A stretch of 64,000 nt of DNA, taken from positions 20,316 to 84,315 of the IMG/VR virus record IMGVR_UViG_3300020190_000032; one strand, given 5' to 3'. The notes below the pieces were generated by a model. It had not been told where the DNA came from and searched no databases. It saw nothing but the letters and a program-made list of their open reading frames with translations. Origin of the DNA: a virus. Every line of letters begins with the position of its first letter. Within the stretch, counting starts at the first letter, position 1. Positions 47,377-56,270 of the stretch are shown here, piece after piece. The position numbers were made by a program, and so were the translations under genes.

Positions 47377-47852
47377 TAAACAATCGATACATTGAACCAG
47401 AATTAGTTGATTCTTTGCATCGTCACCATATCTTGCCTCGATATAGAGGTGGATCTAATGAACCTTCGAATATTGTTGAGGTGACAGTTCGCCAGCATGC
47501 CATGTGGCATTTTTGTAACTGGCAGTTGTGGAATGACGATAGGGATTACTGTGCCTGGAAAGGACTGGCAGGACTGATAAATAAAAAGCAGATTCTTGGC
47601 CATTTGTCTGCTGCAAAGAGAAAAAGCTTAATTGATCCTCGTGTCGCTAAGATGGAGATCGATTGCGATGAGACCATGAAATGCGTGAAATGCGGATCTG
47701 TCAGCAACTTGATGGGATCAGAATCACTTGGTCATACGGTGCGTAGAATAAGGGTCTGTCCCAAGTGTGGACACAAATTTCTCACATATGAGATTGCTCA
47801 AATTGATCTCAGCGAGGCAGAGGAATTTGTCAAGTCTGGACACGCCCGGTAA
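47352..47852 (+). CDS. HNH endonuclease in frame with an NrdR-like Zn-ribbon (true start probably downstream of the tRNA)
   Basis: HRHHILPRYRGGSNEPSNIV..QHAMWH; then MKCVKCG..VRRIRVCPKCGHKFLTYE from 47676. Confidence 0.7.
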   Translation: MSSNLTSGINNRYIEPELVDSLHRHHILPRYRGGSNEPSNIVEVTVRQHAMWHFCNWQLWNDDRDYCAWKGLAGLINKKQILGHLSAAKRKSLIDPRVAKMEIDCDETMKCVKCGSVSNLMGSESLGHTVRRIRVCPKCGHKFLTYEIAQIDLSEAEEFVKSGHAR

Positions 47853-47938
47853 ACTAGCCGAAGTGAGCTGCCCTGCAGCCACTCGGGCTTGCCCGCCCTG
47901 GCATTGGGGATCAATGTCGTTGAGTTCTGTTTTTATTA

Positions 47939-48310
47939 TTGCTTAAAAAAATTTATTCTACTGCTGTCCTGATCGGTTGCACTTTCACGACTGCAGTAGC
48001 CCCGGCAGAAGCCGGTAGCCTCGGCTGCTCTTATGTATCTCATTACGGAATTGGAGATGGTTACCATGGGCGCAGAACAGCTAACGGGGAATCATTCAAT
48101 GCTTACGGTCTATCAGCAGCCCATCGTTATTTGCCGTTTGGCACAAAATTGAAGATTACAGATCAAGCAACAGGAAAATCGGCAATTGTCCGAATTAATG
48201 ATCGAGGACCATACGTTTCTGGCCGCATCCTCGATTTGAGTTACGGAGCATTTGCCGCCATCACCAGTCCCTCAAGGGGTGTAACAAAAATTTGCATAGC
48301 CCAAATTTAA
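47939..48310 (+). CDS. rlpA: RlpA-like (DPBB) lytic transglycosylase with signal peptide
   Basis: YHGRRTANGE.FN..AAHRYLPFGT..VRINDRGPYVSGRILDLSYGAF. Confidence 0.9.
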   Translation: MLKKIYSTAVLIGCTFTTAVAPAEAGSLGCSYVSHYGIGDGYHGRRTANGESFNAYGLSAAHRYLPFGTKLKITDQATGKSAIVRINDRGPYVSGRILDLSYGAFAAITSPSRGVTKICIAQI

Positions 48311-48319
48311 TACCTTGAC

Positions 48320-48350
48320 AAGGGAGTTACGATGACGTGACTCCCTTCTT
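48320..48350 (+). terminator. Terminator-like hairpin after rlpA
   Basis: AAGGGAGTTACG-ATGA-CGTGACTCCCTT. Confidence 0.6.
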
Positions 48351-48353
48351 TAT

Positions 48354-48884
48354 ATGATTTTTCGACTATCCGACGAGGAGCGGTTAATGGCTCTGCTGGA
48401 GGCGGCCAGACGCCAAGAGGTGAATGAGCAACGAAACGTCCTCGGACGCAATGGTGGAGCATCTACCGGTGAGCTGGCTCTCTTCTACCATAAGATAGGC
48501 GCAGCCGGAGAGGTGGCAGTAGCTTCCTATCTTGGCCTAAAGGATTATTTGTTTAAGGATAAAAATCCAACGAGAGATTCTTATGATTTACCATATAACA
48601 TTGATGTCAAGACGAGAGCTAGGCATAATTACGACCTTATTGTTCAGCTCGATGATAAGCCTGACAAGATTTACTGGTTAGTTACCATAGAGAACAGGGA
48701 GATTCAGATTCATGGTTGGATACCTCACTCGGAATGTGCTAAAACGGAGTACATAAAAGATCCCGCTGGTGGCAGGAAAGCGTATTTTGTGCCTAAAAAG
48801 GCGCTCTACCCACCTGAATTATTGAGTTTTATAGGTCAGAGCACTGAATCGGTTGACAATCAGGGTTTCACCTGCTACAGTTGA
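48354..48884 (+). CDS. Putative PD-(D/E)XK-like nuclease
   Basis: GAAGEVAVASYLG..D..IDVKT. Confidence 0.55.
   Translation: MIFRLSDEERLMALLEAARRQEVNEQRNVLGRNGGASTGELALFYHKIGAAGEVAVASYLGLKDYLFKDKNPTRDSYDLPYNIDVKTRARHNYDLIVQLDDKPDKIYWLVTIENREIQIHGWIPHSECAKTEYIKDPAGGRKAYFVPKKALYPPELLSFIGQSTESVDNQGFTCYS
48853..48881 (+). promoter_or_regulatory. Sigma70-type promoter
   Basis: TTGACA-17 nt-TACAGT. Confidence 0.65.
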
Positions 48885-48907
48885 GAAGCTTTTAAGGGTT
48901 GATCCCC

Positions 48908-49423
48908 ATGCGTTCTAACACCTATCCTACACAGAAGGCAGTCTATGCCTTGCTCGATTTTATTCGTGAGATCCCTTTTTCGCGGAGATCCCTCGGAGAT
49001 ACTGTTGTTGATGTGCGTCGCAACGTTGATATAGCAGAACAGATTTTTTCCGTTACCGTTTTTGACCGCCTTGTTATGCAGGTAAGAAAAGAAGGAAACG
49101 AGATTGTTGATATCTATGTATTCTCAGGATTTTACTATGATGCTGACGGCAATCCAACAAGAACTGTAAGAGAGCGACTTAATGGTCTACTGGACACCCT
49201 TGGGGAAGAAGGGATTATTCCCCTTGGGGTCAGAGTCATTATGGACAAAGAATATAACATGTGCTACCTAGCTCTTAATGATGACATGGTTGCCTTGAAT
49301 AAGCATTATTGTGACATGATAGGCATCAAACCTTATCGTCATAGCCTTATCTTTGGCGCTCTTGATCCAACCAGAGACCAAAAAGAGTATAGTCTTGTAC
49401 ATTTAACAAAACAGGAAGCCTAA
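48908..49423 (+). CDS. Hypothetical protein
   Basis: ORF 48899..49423; PTRTVRERLNGLL motif seen in phage early proteins. Confidence 0.55.
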   Translation: MRSNTYPTQKAVYALLDFIREIPFSRRSLGDTVVDVRRNVDIAEQIFSVTVFDRLVMQVRKEGNEIVDIYVFSGFYYDADGNPTRTVRERLNGLLDTLGEEGIIPLGVRVIMDKEYNMCYLALNDDMVALNKHYCDMIGIKPYRHSLIFGALDPTRDQKEYSLVHLTKQEA

Positions 49424-49441
49424 GTCAATCTCGGATTGACG

Positions 49442-49603
49442 ATGGCTAAGCCTGGTCTTTATGCCAATATCCATGCTAAACGCAAAAGGATTGAGTCTGG
49501 CAGTGACGAAAGGATGCGTAGTCCCGGCGCCAAGGGTGCTCCGAGTGCTGCTGACTTCAAAGCTGCAGCAAAGACCGCTAAAAAGCGGAAGAAGAAAAAG
49601 TGA
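49442..49603 (+). CDS. Small basic protein MAKPGLYANIHAKRKR (53 aa, not in ORF track)
   Basis: Hand translation; late motif GGAAGCCTA at 49414. Confidence 0.7.
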   Translation: MAKPGLYANIHAKRKRIESGSDERMRSPGAKGAPSAADFKAAAKTAKKRKKKK

Positions 49604-49752
49604 AAAAGAAATCAGCAAAAATGACGACTGCTGACAAATATCAGTCGTTAAAGCGCCAGACAGAACAGGCTGGCATGACTGTTACTGAAAAAGCAGGAAA
49701 ACTTGTCGTATCAAAGAAGAACAATGGCAAGCAAAAAAGATCCAAGGCTTGA
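49600..49752 (+). CDS. Small basic protein (50 aa, not in ORF track)
   Basis: GTGA overlap; Lys-rich. Confidence 0.5.
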   Translation: MKKKSAKMTTADKYQSLKRQTEQAGMTVTEKAGKLVVSKKNNGKQKRSKA

Positions 49753-50014
49753 GCGGGCAGGCGTTGATGGCTACAATAAGCCTAAGCGCACCCCTTCTCA
49801 CCCAACAAAAAGCCACATTGTTGTCGCGAAAGACGGTGAAAACATCAAGACGATCCGTTTTGGCGAACAAGGAGCGAAGACTGCTGGCAAGCCTAAGGCT
49901 GGCGAGAGCGAGGTGATGAAAGATAAACGAGCATCTTTCAAGGCACGCCATGCTAAAAATATTGCCAAGGGCAAGATGTCGGCTGCTTATTGGGCTGATC
50001 GCGTCAAATGGTGA
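49724..50014 (+). CDS. Basic protein of a widespread phage family
   Basis: GYNKPKRTPSHPTKSH..IRFGEQG..SFKARHAKNI..SAAYWADRVKW. Confidence 0.75.
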   Translation: MASKKDPRLERAGVDGYNKPKRTPSHPTKSHIVVAKDGENIKTIRFGEQGAKTAGKPKAGESEVMKDKRASFKARHAKNIAKGKMSAAYWADRVKW

Positions 50015-50269
50015 CTACTCGGCGTTGCGGCTGAGAGAGATGAGCGTCGTTAATAATCCCATTAAAACGGCAATTGATCTGTTGTCTGCATCATTACAAC
50101 CCATAGGAGCTGGATCAATCTTTTCTGATTGCTCAGTTCCAATGTACTTGGCGTACCACGGCCACACTGTCGGTAGCACATAAAATCGACAAGAGGCCCA
50201 TTGTAAGGTGGTAACTAAGGCAATTACCGCTGACAATCCGACGATTGCCCTCCAAAGCCAGCCAGGCAC
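50015..50269 (-). CDS. Two-TM membrane protein
   Basis: Hydrophobic ends; late motif GGGATCCTA 28 nt upstream on the minus strand. Confidence 0.6.
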   Translation of the reverse strand: MPGWLWRAIVGLSAVIALVTTLQWASCRFYVLPTVWPWYAKYIGTEQSEKIDPAPMGCNDADNRSIAVLMGLLTTLISLSRNAE

Positions 50270-50428
50270 AATTGGACTCCAGTTAAGCTAGGATCCCAAC
50301 GGTAAACTTTACTTGCGTCCGGTTATTATTTTGGAACTTCCTTGGGATATAATCATTGGATTATCGATAATTTTACTTGGTGTTCTTGCGTGCATTGTTT
50401 ATATATTACTGCTTGATAATATTGAATC

Positions 50429-50608
50429 ATGAATACTAAAGAGCAAGCCTTGTACGCCCTATTTCGTGGGCGAATGAATATTCCTGCAGCAGCCAAACAC
50501 TGTGGAATCGAGCCGGAGAGAATGAAGGATTACTTTAAAGAATATGCAGCCAATACACCTCCAGAGGACTGGGAGCTTGACATTGTTCTTTGCTGGCCTT
50601 ATGCTTGA
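50429..50608 (+). CDS. 59-aa HTH-like protein (not in ORF track)
   Basis: ALFRGRMNIPAAAKHCGI..MK..F.EY. Confidence 0.55.
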   Translation: MNTKEQALYALFRGRMNIPAAAKHCGIEPERMKDYFKEYAANTPPEDWELDIVLCWPYA

Positions 50609-50983
50609 AGAGTCCGAGCGATAATGCATGCCCAGTGACATGGCCTGCTGTCTTGACGACAGTTGCCCAATGAAACAAAACTGCCTTCGTTTTTTAATGA
50701 AAAAATCCAGTCCCTATCAATGGTACGCAGATTTTCCACGAAAAGAGGAATCATGTGAGTATCACATTCCCGTGCAACAAAGTGAACTATCCGCTCCGCG
50801 ATAAGATTGCTAGGCACATGTGGCAAATGTGGAGCGAAGCAAATAGTCCTCACCTTGATGGATATAACTGCCCAAAAGAGTTTTATTTCATGGCCGAAAT
50901 TGCCATGAAGTGTGTATGTAAGGAACTCGATGAGATGATCCTTGACATTGTCAAACAACGTCTTGAAAAATTAGTTTAAACAG

Positions 50984-51391
50984 ATGGAACCGATCAACCG
51001 GCTTCTGAAATTTGAGGATCTTTGCGATCAAATCGCAAAAGAGCTTGCCATTTATTATGATGGCATTGAAAATACTTCTGATGAATTCAAATCAGAAAGT
51101 CTTATCATTGCAAATTGTGTAAGGAAGCGCGTTGAGGGGGTGTTAACATTCACTAGCCCTTCTACCGTGCGCCGAGGGCTGGAGTTAATGTTTGACTTAC
51201 AGCCTCAAGTAAATTCTACCCACCATGATTCTCAACCAAAGATTCGTACTTCACTCCAAAGCCGGGTATCTCGCGACGGACGGACACTTCGTCGCCGATC
51301 TTCGGCAAGCAACATTGTTTATGTCGGAGTACAGCGCTCTAGCGGCGTGGAAGTGTATTCGCGGCAAAACCAATTCATCCGTAGAACTTAA
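50984..51391 (+). CDS. Hypothetical protein (3' extent uncertain, overlaps 51225..51443)
   Basis: ORF track. Confidence 0.4.
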   Translation: MEPINRLLKFEDLCDQIAKELAIYYDGIENTSDEFKSESLIIANCVRKRVEGVLTFTSPSTVRRGLELMFDLQPQVNSTHHDSQPKIRTSLQSRVSRDGRTLRRRSSASNIVYVGVQRSSGVEVYSRQNQFIRRT

Positions 51392-51587
51392 ATTGATTAA
51401 TGTGCCTCGCGAATATTGTGCTTGGTCGAAATTTGCAACATGAAAAACAAATCTCTTCTTCTTGCGTTCCTTGCTGGAATGGCTTGTGTTTTTAGCCTGC
51501 ATCTTGCAGAAACAACTTTTCAGGATAAGTCTCATGAGAATATCATGAGAAAATATTGCTCTGAGAAGAAACTTAATTTAGAGGCGT

Positions 51588-51896
51588 GTGGTAAATATGT
51601 TAACTGAAGAAGATTTCATTGCTTTGTGGAAAGATTTAAAATCTGATTTCCCAAAAGAATCAGAGGACACACTTGCTCCAATATTTGCCGTTGAAATTTT
51701 GAGACGCTGGGGTTGGCCTTATAAACCAACCTCGATCAGCGAATCATATCCACCAGTGAATCAAACTTTTCTTGGTTTTTACCCTGAAACCGGATGGATG
51801 ATGGCTCACTGGAAACAAGGATTTGTTCCTTTACCTGACGAGGTACCTACATATTGGCTTTCGATGAACATACTTCCCAATCCTGAGTCGAACTGA
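51588..51896 (+). CDS. Hypothetical protein (DUF551-like C-terminus)
   Basis: SISESYPP..PTYWLSM..LP. Confidence 0.5.
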   Translation: MVNMLTEEDFIALWKDLKSDFPKESEDTLAPIFAVEILRRWGWPYKPTSISESYPPVNQTFLGFYPETGWMMAHWKQGFVPLPDEVPTYWLSMNILPNPESN

Positions 51897-52081
51897 TGTC
51901 TCAAACCAATCCAGGATCAGATGCAGCATTGCAGTCTGGTTGCACCTGTCCTGTCCTCGATAACTGTCGAGGCGAAGGCGCCTATGGCACAAAACATTTA
52001 TTTTTTATTAATCATCAATGTCCGTTGCACGGCATCAAATTTGACCGTAACAACCCTTGTCAAACCGCGAAGCACTGCTAA
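51896..52081 (+). CDS. Small Cys/His protein
   Basis: NPGSDAA..GCTCPVLDN..CPLHG. Confidence 0.6.
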   Translation: MSQTNPGSDAALQSGCTCPVLDNCRGEGAYGTKHLFFINHQCPLHGIKFDRNNPCQTAKHC

Positions 52082-52123
52082 TATTTCGTCAGCAGCCTCC
52101 ACTGCACTCACCAGCTCCCACTC

Positions 52124-52588
52124 ATGGATCATTTCCAGTTTTCGAGCATTAAGCTTCTCCAGCTCAAGGCAGCCGATCAGCCAATCTTCTCTTTTAACGA
52201 AGGTAGTTTAACAATTACTGCGACAAGAGACGGGGCAACAATTATGATCAAAGCTCCAATGAAAAATATTGGAGAGATTAAAAATGGTGCTGCTGATTTG
52301 ATTCTTGCTCCCAAGCCTAAGCAGGATAAATCTATTAGGCAAACAAAACCTCGTCGCAGATATACTTATTCTGCAGCAGTTCGGCGCGGAGAGCGGCATC
52401 CTTTCTCTCGTTTAACCGAAGTTCAGGTTCGGCAAATCAAAGAACGCTTTGCTAGCCCAGTTTACATGAAGCAATTCAATTCACAGCTAGCCGCTTGGGA
52501 TGAAATTGCAAAAGAATATGGTGTCTCGATGGCATGTATTTCTCATATACATGCCGAAAGAACCTGGAGACATGTTCAAGTAGCTTGA
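52124..52588 (+). CDS. DNA-binding protein with a homing-endonuclease-type C-terminal HTH
   Basis: GERHPFSRLTEVQV..IAKEYGVS..ISHI..TWRHV. Confidence 0.65.
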   Translation: MDHFQFSSIKLLQLKAADQPIFSFNEGSLTITATRDGATIMIKAPMKNIGEIKNGAADLILAPKPKQDKSIRQTKPRRRYTYSAAVRRGERHPFSRLTEVQVRQIKERFASPVYMKQFNSQLAAWDEIAKEYGVSMACISHIHAERTWRHVQVA

Positions 52589-52590
52589 TC

Positions 52591-52617
52591 AAAAAGCCAC
52601 CGAAAGGTGGCTTTTTT
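52591..52617. terminator. Bidirectional terminator
   Basis: A5-GCCACC-GAAA-GGTGGC-T6 between convergent genes. Confidence 0.85.
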
Positions 52618-52791
52618 AATGGGCATCATTCCAATGCCTGATGACTCCAGCTACAATAAAAAAATTTGTTATAAAATACATCGCAAATATAGTTGTTCTT
52701 ATTATAGCAATATGATCAGCGATTTTATTTTCATTGTGAGCCTTTTCTCCCAAGGCTCTTGCCCATATTTCCCAGAGTGTTTTTCTTTTAG

Positions 52792-52865
52792 AGCCCCTGA
52801 CTGGATTCGAACCAGCAATCTTCGCTTTACAAGAGCGCTGCATCGCCACTTAATGCTTCAAGGGC
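52792..52865 (-). tRNA. trnT: tRNA-Thr(TGT)
   Basis: Reverse complement GCCCTTG..CGCT-CTTGTAA-AGCG..CTGG-TTCGAAT-CCAG..CAGGGGC. Confidence 0.85.
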
Positions 52866-52892
52866 ACCCTCCAGTTTACCGGAGGGTTTTGG

Positions 52893-53192
52893 TCACAGAA
52901 CGCGGATCAGGCGCTTGCGGGGTCGTAACAACTTGGCTTTAAATACTGGCTTCCGTAAACCCAGTTCTTCGCGTTTTTCAGGATTGACGACAAATACAGG
53001 ATTGCCTGTCTTACTGGAGATACCACGACGGGATAAAAGGCCCATCCGCTGACACCAGTTCATCGTGCGATGCTGGACGCTCCAGAGGTCTCTGAGGGAC
53101 TGGTATTCCTGAGGCTCTGTGCCTCGGCGGGTGTAAATGTCAAACTCTTCAATAAAACGCCGCTGGGCAGGCGTGAGACGAAGGTTGGTCAT
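52893..53192 (-). CDS. Hypothetical winged-helix-like protein
   Basis: MTNLRLTPAQRRF; TTGACA-18-TACCTT promoter at 53249-53220. Confidence 0.5.
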   Translation of the reverse strand: MTNLRLTPAQRRFIEEFDIYTRRGTEPQEYQSLRDLWSVQHRTMNWCQRMGLLSRRGISSKTGNPVFVVNPEKREELGLRKPVFKAKLLRPRKRLIRVL

Positions 53193-53321
53193 GGCGTATG
53201 TGTGGAACGCGACATATTCAAGGTAGATACGCACGGGACCAGGTGTCAAGCCCTAAGACTGTCTCAATTATTGGTTTTGCTTATCAGAATCAGGAATCCT
53301 ATTGACAGCCTGGCCTCGGTA

Positions 53322-53522
53322 ATGGCGCTCACTCAAGCAGAGTTACTAAAAAACGAATCAATTGATGATCGCGTGAATTCTCTTCTGGTTGCTGGTACCG
53401 GTATTAATTTGACGTATGACGATAACGCAAATACATTAACAATCGCTGGCGCTGGAAACCTGGATTACGGGCTAATTACTGGCTCTGTTACTGGTACCAG
53501 CGATTACGGGAGCTTGACCTAA
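53322..53522 (+). CDS. 66-aa fibre adaptor with two DYG motifs
   Basis: MALTQ..AGTGINLTYDD..LDYGLIT..DYGSLT; late motif at 53293 fixes the start. Confidence 0.65.
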   Translation: MALTQAELLKNESIDDRVNSLLVAGTGINLTYDDNANTLTIAGAGNLDYGLITGSVTGTSDYGSLT

Positions 53523-55498
53523 TGGCACAACAAGTACAGTTCCGTCGTGGTACGACTGCAGAGCACAGTACTTTTACTGGTGCTGCTGGTGAAGTTACTG
53601 TAGACACTGACAAGGATGTCGTTGTCGTTCACGATGGTAATACGGCAGGCGGTGCGCCGTTGCTCAGGGAGAACGGCAGCCAGAACGCCGTTACTACTGG
53701 CGCCAACACCGCCGCACGGTTCATCCCCACCGGCAGCAGCGTCCCGACGAATGGCGTCTACCTACCTGCCGCAAACACCGTAGGGGTAGCAACTGGTGGG
53801 TCTGGCCGCCTCTTCATTAACAGTGACGGAACCATCTCGGCGGGAGCTGCAATCAGTGGAGGGGGTGGTGTTGTTTTGTTTAACAATGGCGGTCAAACGA
53901 CAGCTAATCTTTCTACGTCAAGCAACAACGATTCTTTTATTGTCGCTCGCCACAATAGCGCCAGCGCAGGAGCCGGGGGTGCTTTTATTGTCGGCGCTCA
54001 GGCAGGATCCTTTGCGGCGATCAAAGGTCTGCTAACCGATGGCAGCAACAACACAGCGGGTGATCTTGCTTTTGCCACTAGAACCACGTCATCAGCGTCA
54101 ACACTTACCGAACGCCTACGCATCACCTCCGCTGGCCTCGTGGGAGTGGGGACTTCAAGCCCTGGGGAAAACCTATCCATTTCTGGAACTGCAAACGTAT
54201 ATTTATCCTTGACTTCAAGTGGAGGTGTCAAGAGTCAGCTAAACGCTGCAGATGCTACAGGTGCTGCTGCTGTCGGTACAGTAACAAATCATCCATTACG
54301 GCTTGAAACTAACAACACCGAACGCCTGCGCGTGACCTCCGCTGGCCTCGTAGGCGTGGGGACTTCAAGCCCTGTCGCAAAGTTTCAAATCAATGTACAA
54401 GACGGCTTTCGCTTTGACGTTGGCGCCAATGCATATTCTTATATGCAGTTTGGATCTGCTGGAGCAGGAGAAGGCACAGCAGAAATTGGCTATGAAAGAA
54501 CTAGCGCCAAGGTCTTTCTTAAAAATACCATCAGCGGTTCCTTAACAACATTTCTAACCGGAGACAGCGTAGGCCGAGTAGGGATTGGCACTACGAGTCC
54601 TGTGGCGCGTGTTCATAGCGACTGGAATGGTGGCAATCAATTCAGAGCATCTAACGGATCAGCAACTTTCGACATACTGAATGATTCCACAAACAGCCTT
54701 CTTATCTCAAGCGGTCCCATGTTCTACCGGACAGGGACATCAGGGCCTCACATCTTTCAAAAAGATGGAGGCAGCAGCGAAGTAGCACGTATTGATGCAT
54801 CAGGACGCCTGTTAGTTGGCACGTCTAGTGTGTATGGCGTTGCAGGTTTATCCCATACAGATATTCAACTTTCACGGGCAAATGCCGATGCTGGCTATTC
54901 GGTTACGTGCTGGAAGGCGGACAACATTGGATTTAATCCAAGTCTAACCTTCATGAGATCCTATAACAATACAGCAGGATCTCACACAGCTCTGCCAAAC
55001 GGTGCGTTTCTTGGGGTTGTAAGGTTTACCGGCTCTGACGGTTCAGTATTTCGCGAGGGTGCTACTATTCGAGCAGACGCAGATGGTCAGGCGTGGGCGA
55101 ATGCTGACTGCCCAACAAAGCTAGTGTTCTCGGTTACCGCTGATGGTGCGTCATCACCAACTGAAGCACTTCGAATTAAAAATGATAGAAGCATCGCCGT
55201 CATTCAAGCTCCAGGCAAGTACACGATAAGTACTTCTGAAGGTGCGACCAGCGTTGCAAATAACGGCACAATAGATTTTTCTAGTTTTTCAGGTTTAATT
55301 TTAATAAATGATCATAGCAGCGGACACACTCAAGTCTTGATTGCTGGAGGCGGGAACGTAACCAGTCTTGGAACTGCAGGCGGTACAGTCGGAAGCCTTG
55401 CGTACAATGTTGGCATTGACGGTTACCGTTGGACAAATAATACTGGTGCAACACGAACTTTCGGGTTCTTCTGCGTGCGAACCCGTCCAAACGCTTGA
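53522..55498 (+). CDS. Tail fibre protein with Mtd-N-like anchor
   Basis: QVQFRRGTTAEHSTFTGAAGEVTVDT; ERLRITSAGLVGVGTSSP repeats. Confidence 0.85.
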   Translation: MAQQVQFRRGTTAEHSTFTGAAGEVTVDTDKDVVVVHDGNTAGGAPLLRENGSQNAVTTGANTAARFIPTGSSVPTNGVYLPAANTVGVATGGSGRLFINSDGTISAGAAISGGGGVVLFNNGGQTTANLSTSSNNDSFIVARHNSASAGAGGAFIVGAQAGSFAAIKGLLTDGSNNTAGDLAFATRTTSSASTLTERLRITSAGLVGVGTSSPGENLSISGTANVYLSLTSSGGVKSQLNAADATGAAAVGTVTNHPLRLETNNTERLRVTSAGLVGVGTSSPVAKFQINVQDGFRFDVGANAYSYMQFGSAGAGEGTAEIGYERTSAKVFLKNTISGSLTTFLTGDSVGRVGIGTTSPVARVHSDWNGGNQFRASNGSATFDILNDSTNSLLISSGPMFYRTGTSGPHIFQKDGGSSEVARIDASGRLLVGTSSVYGVAGLSHTDIQLSRANADAGYSVTCWKADNIGFNPSLTFMRSYNNTAGSHTALPNGAFLGVVRFTGSDGSVFREGATIRADADGQAWANADCPTKLVFSVTADGASSPTEALRIKNDRSIAVIQAPGKYTISTSEGATSVANNGTIDFSSFSGLILINDHSSGHTQVLIAGGGNVTSLGTAGGTVGSLAYNVGIDGYRWTNNTGATRTFGFFCVRTRPNA

Positions 55499-55517
55499 TC
55501 CAACTAGGAGTTTTCCC

Positions 55518-55790
55518 GTGAGCTACCAATCCCGGCAGATCGCCGATAACGCCTTTGAAATCACTGCTGACTTCCAAGGCAGTCCAGTTACATTTAACGT
55601 CATTGTCGCCAACGATGAATCCGAAGTACCGGAACTGGTTGAGCATCATCTCAACTATTTGAATAGCCCATCGCCGGTTTATTCGGAAACTATTGCCGCA
55701 AGACCCCCTGACCTTCAGCAAGTTATACAAGAGCAGTCAGCACAAATCCAAGCCTTAAATGACCGTCTTGCAGCCCTTGAAAACGCGTAG
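55518..55790 (+). CDS. Small fibre-associated protein with C-terminal coiled coil
   Basis: GTG 55518 in ORF 55368..55790; ends QEQSAQIQALNDRLAALENA. Confidence 0.5.
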   Translation: MSYQSRQIADNAFEITADFQGSPVTFNVIVANDESEVPELVEHHLNYLNSPSPVYSETIAARPPDLQQVIQEQSAQIQALNDRLAALENA

Positions 55791-55915
55791 TCCCCTTCAT
55801 CTGTGCGCCTGGCTCGGCATAGCAAACTGAGCCACCGTAGTCTTTGACACTAATCGGCTACCCGAACATTTCACTAAACTAACTTAGGCACACTGTACCG
55901 GATCCATTTCTAAAC

Positions 55916-56221
55916 ATGAGTACTGAATTTACCTGGAGTGTCTCCCAGCTCGAAAGAGAGACAAGTGACGGTTACGTCTATACAATTCATTATCAAATTG
56001 ATGCCAGTGATGATAGTTACTCTACAGGCGCATATGGCTCATTGGGCTTTGAGCGTCCTGAGTGTGATCTAATTCCTTATGATTCGTTGACGCCTGAGAT
56101 CTGCGTTGGCTGGGTGAAAGATCAGCTTGGCGAGGAGAAGGTTGCTGAGATCGAAGCAGCCCTGCAGGCTCAACTTGACGAAAAGCATGCACCGACTAAG
56201 GCTGTAGGCATTCCCTGGTAA
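55916..56221 (+). CDS. Fibre-associated conserved phage protein
   Basis: TWSVSQLERETSDGYV..IPYDSLT..GWVK; late motif variant at 55887. Confidence 0.65.
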   Translation: MSTEFTWSVSQLERETSDGYVYTIHYQIDASDDSYSTGAYGSLGFERPECDLIPYDSLTPEICVGWVKDQLGEEKVAEIEAALQAQLDEKHAPTKAVGIPW

Positions 56222-56238
56222 GGGATTAAGAAATAATT

Positions 56239-56270
56239 CCCTGCGGAAAACTATTTCCGTAGGGTTTTTT
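56239..56270 (+). terminator. Intrinsic terminator
   Basis: CCCTGCGGAAA-ACTA-TTTCCGTAGGG plus T-tract. Confidence 0.8.

Noticed and set aside
52607-52942. ORFs spanning tRNA-Thr
   Set aside because: They read through the tRNA; at most a shorter minus-strand ORF downstream of it is plausible
53070-53321. Long N-terminal extension of ORF 53070..53522
   Set aside because: It overlaps an opposite-strand gene; the late motif at 53293 supports ATG 53322
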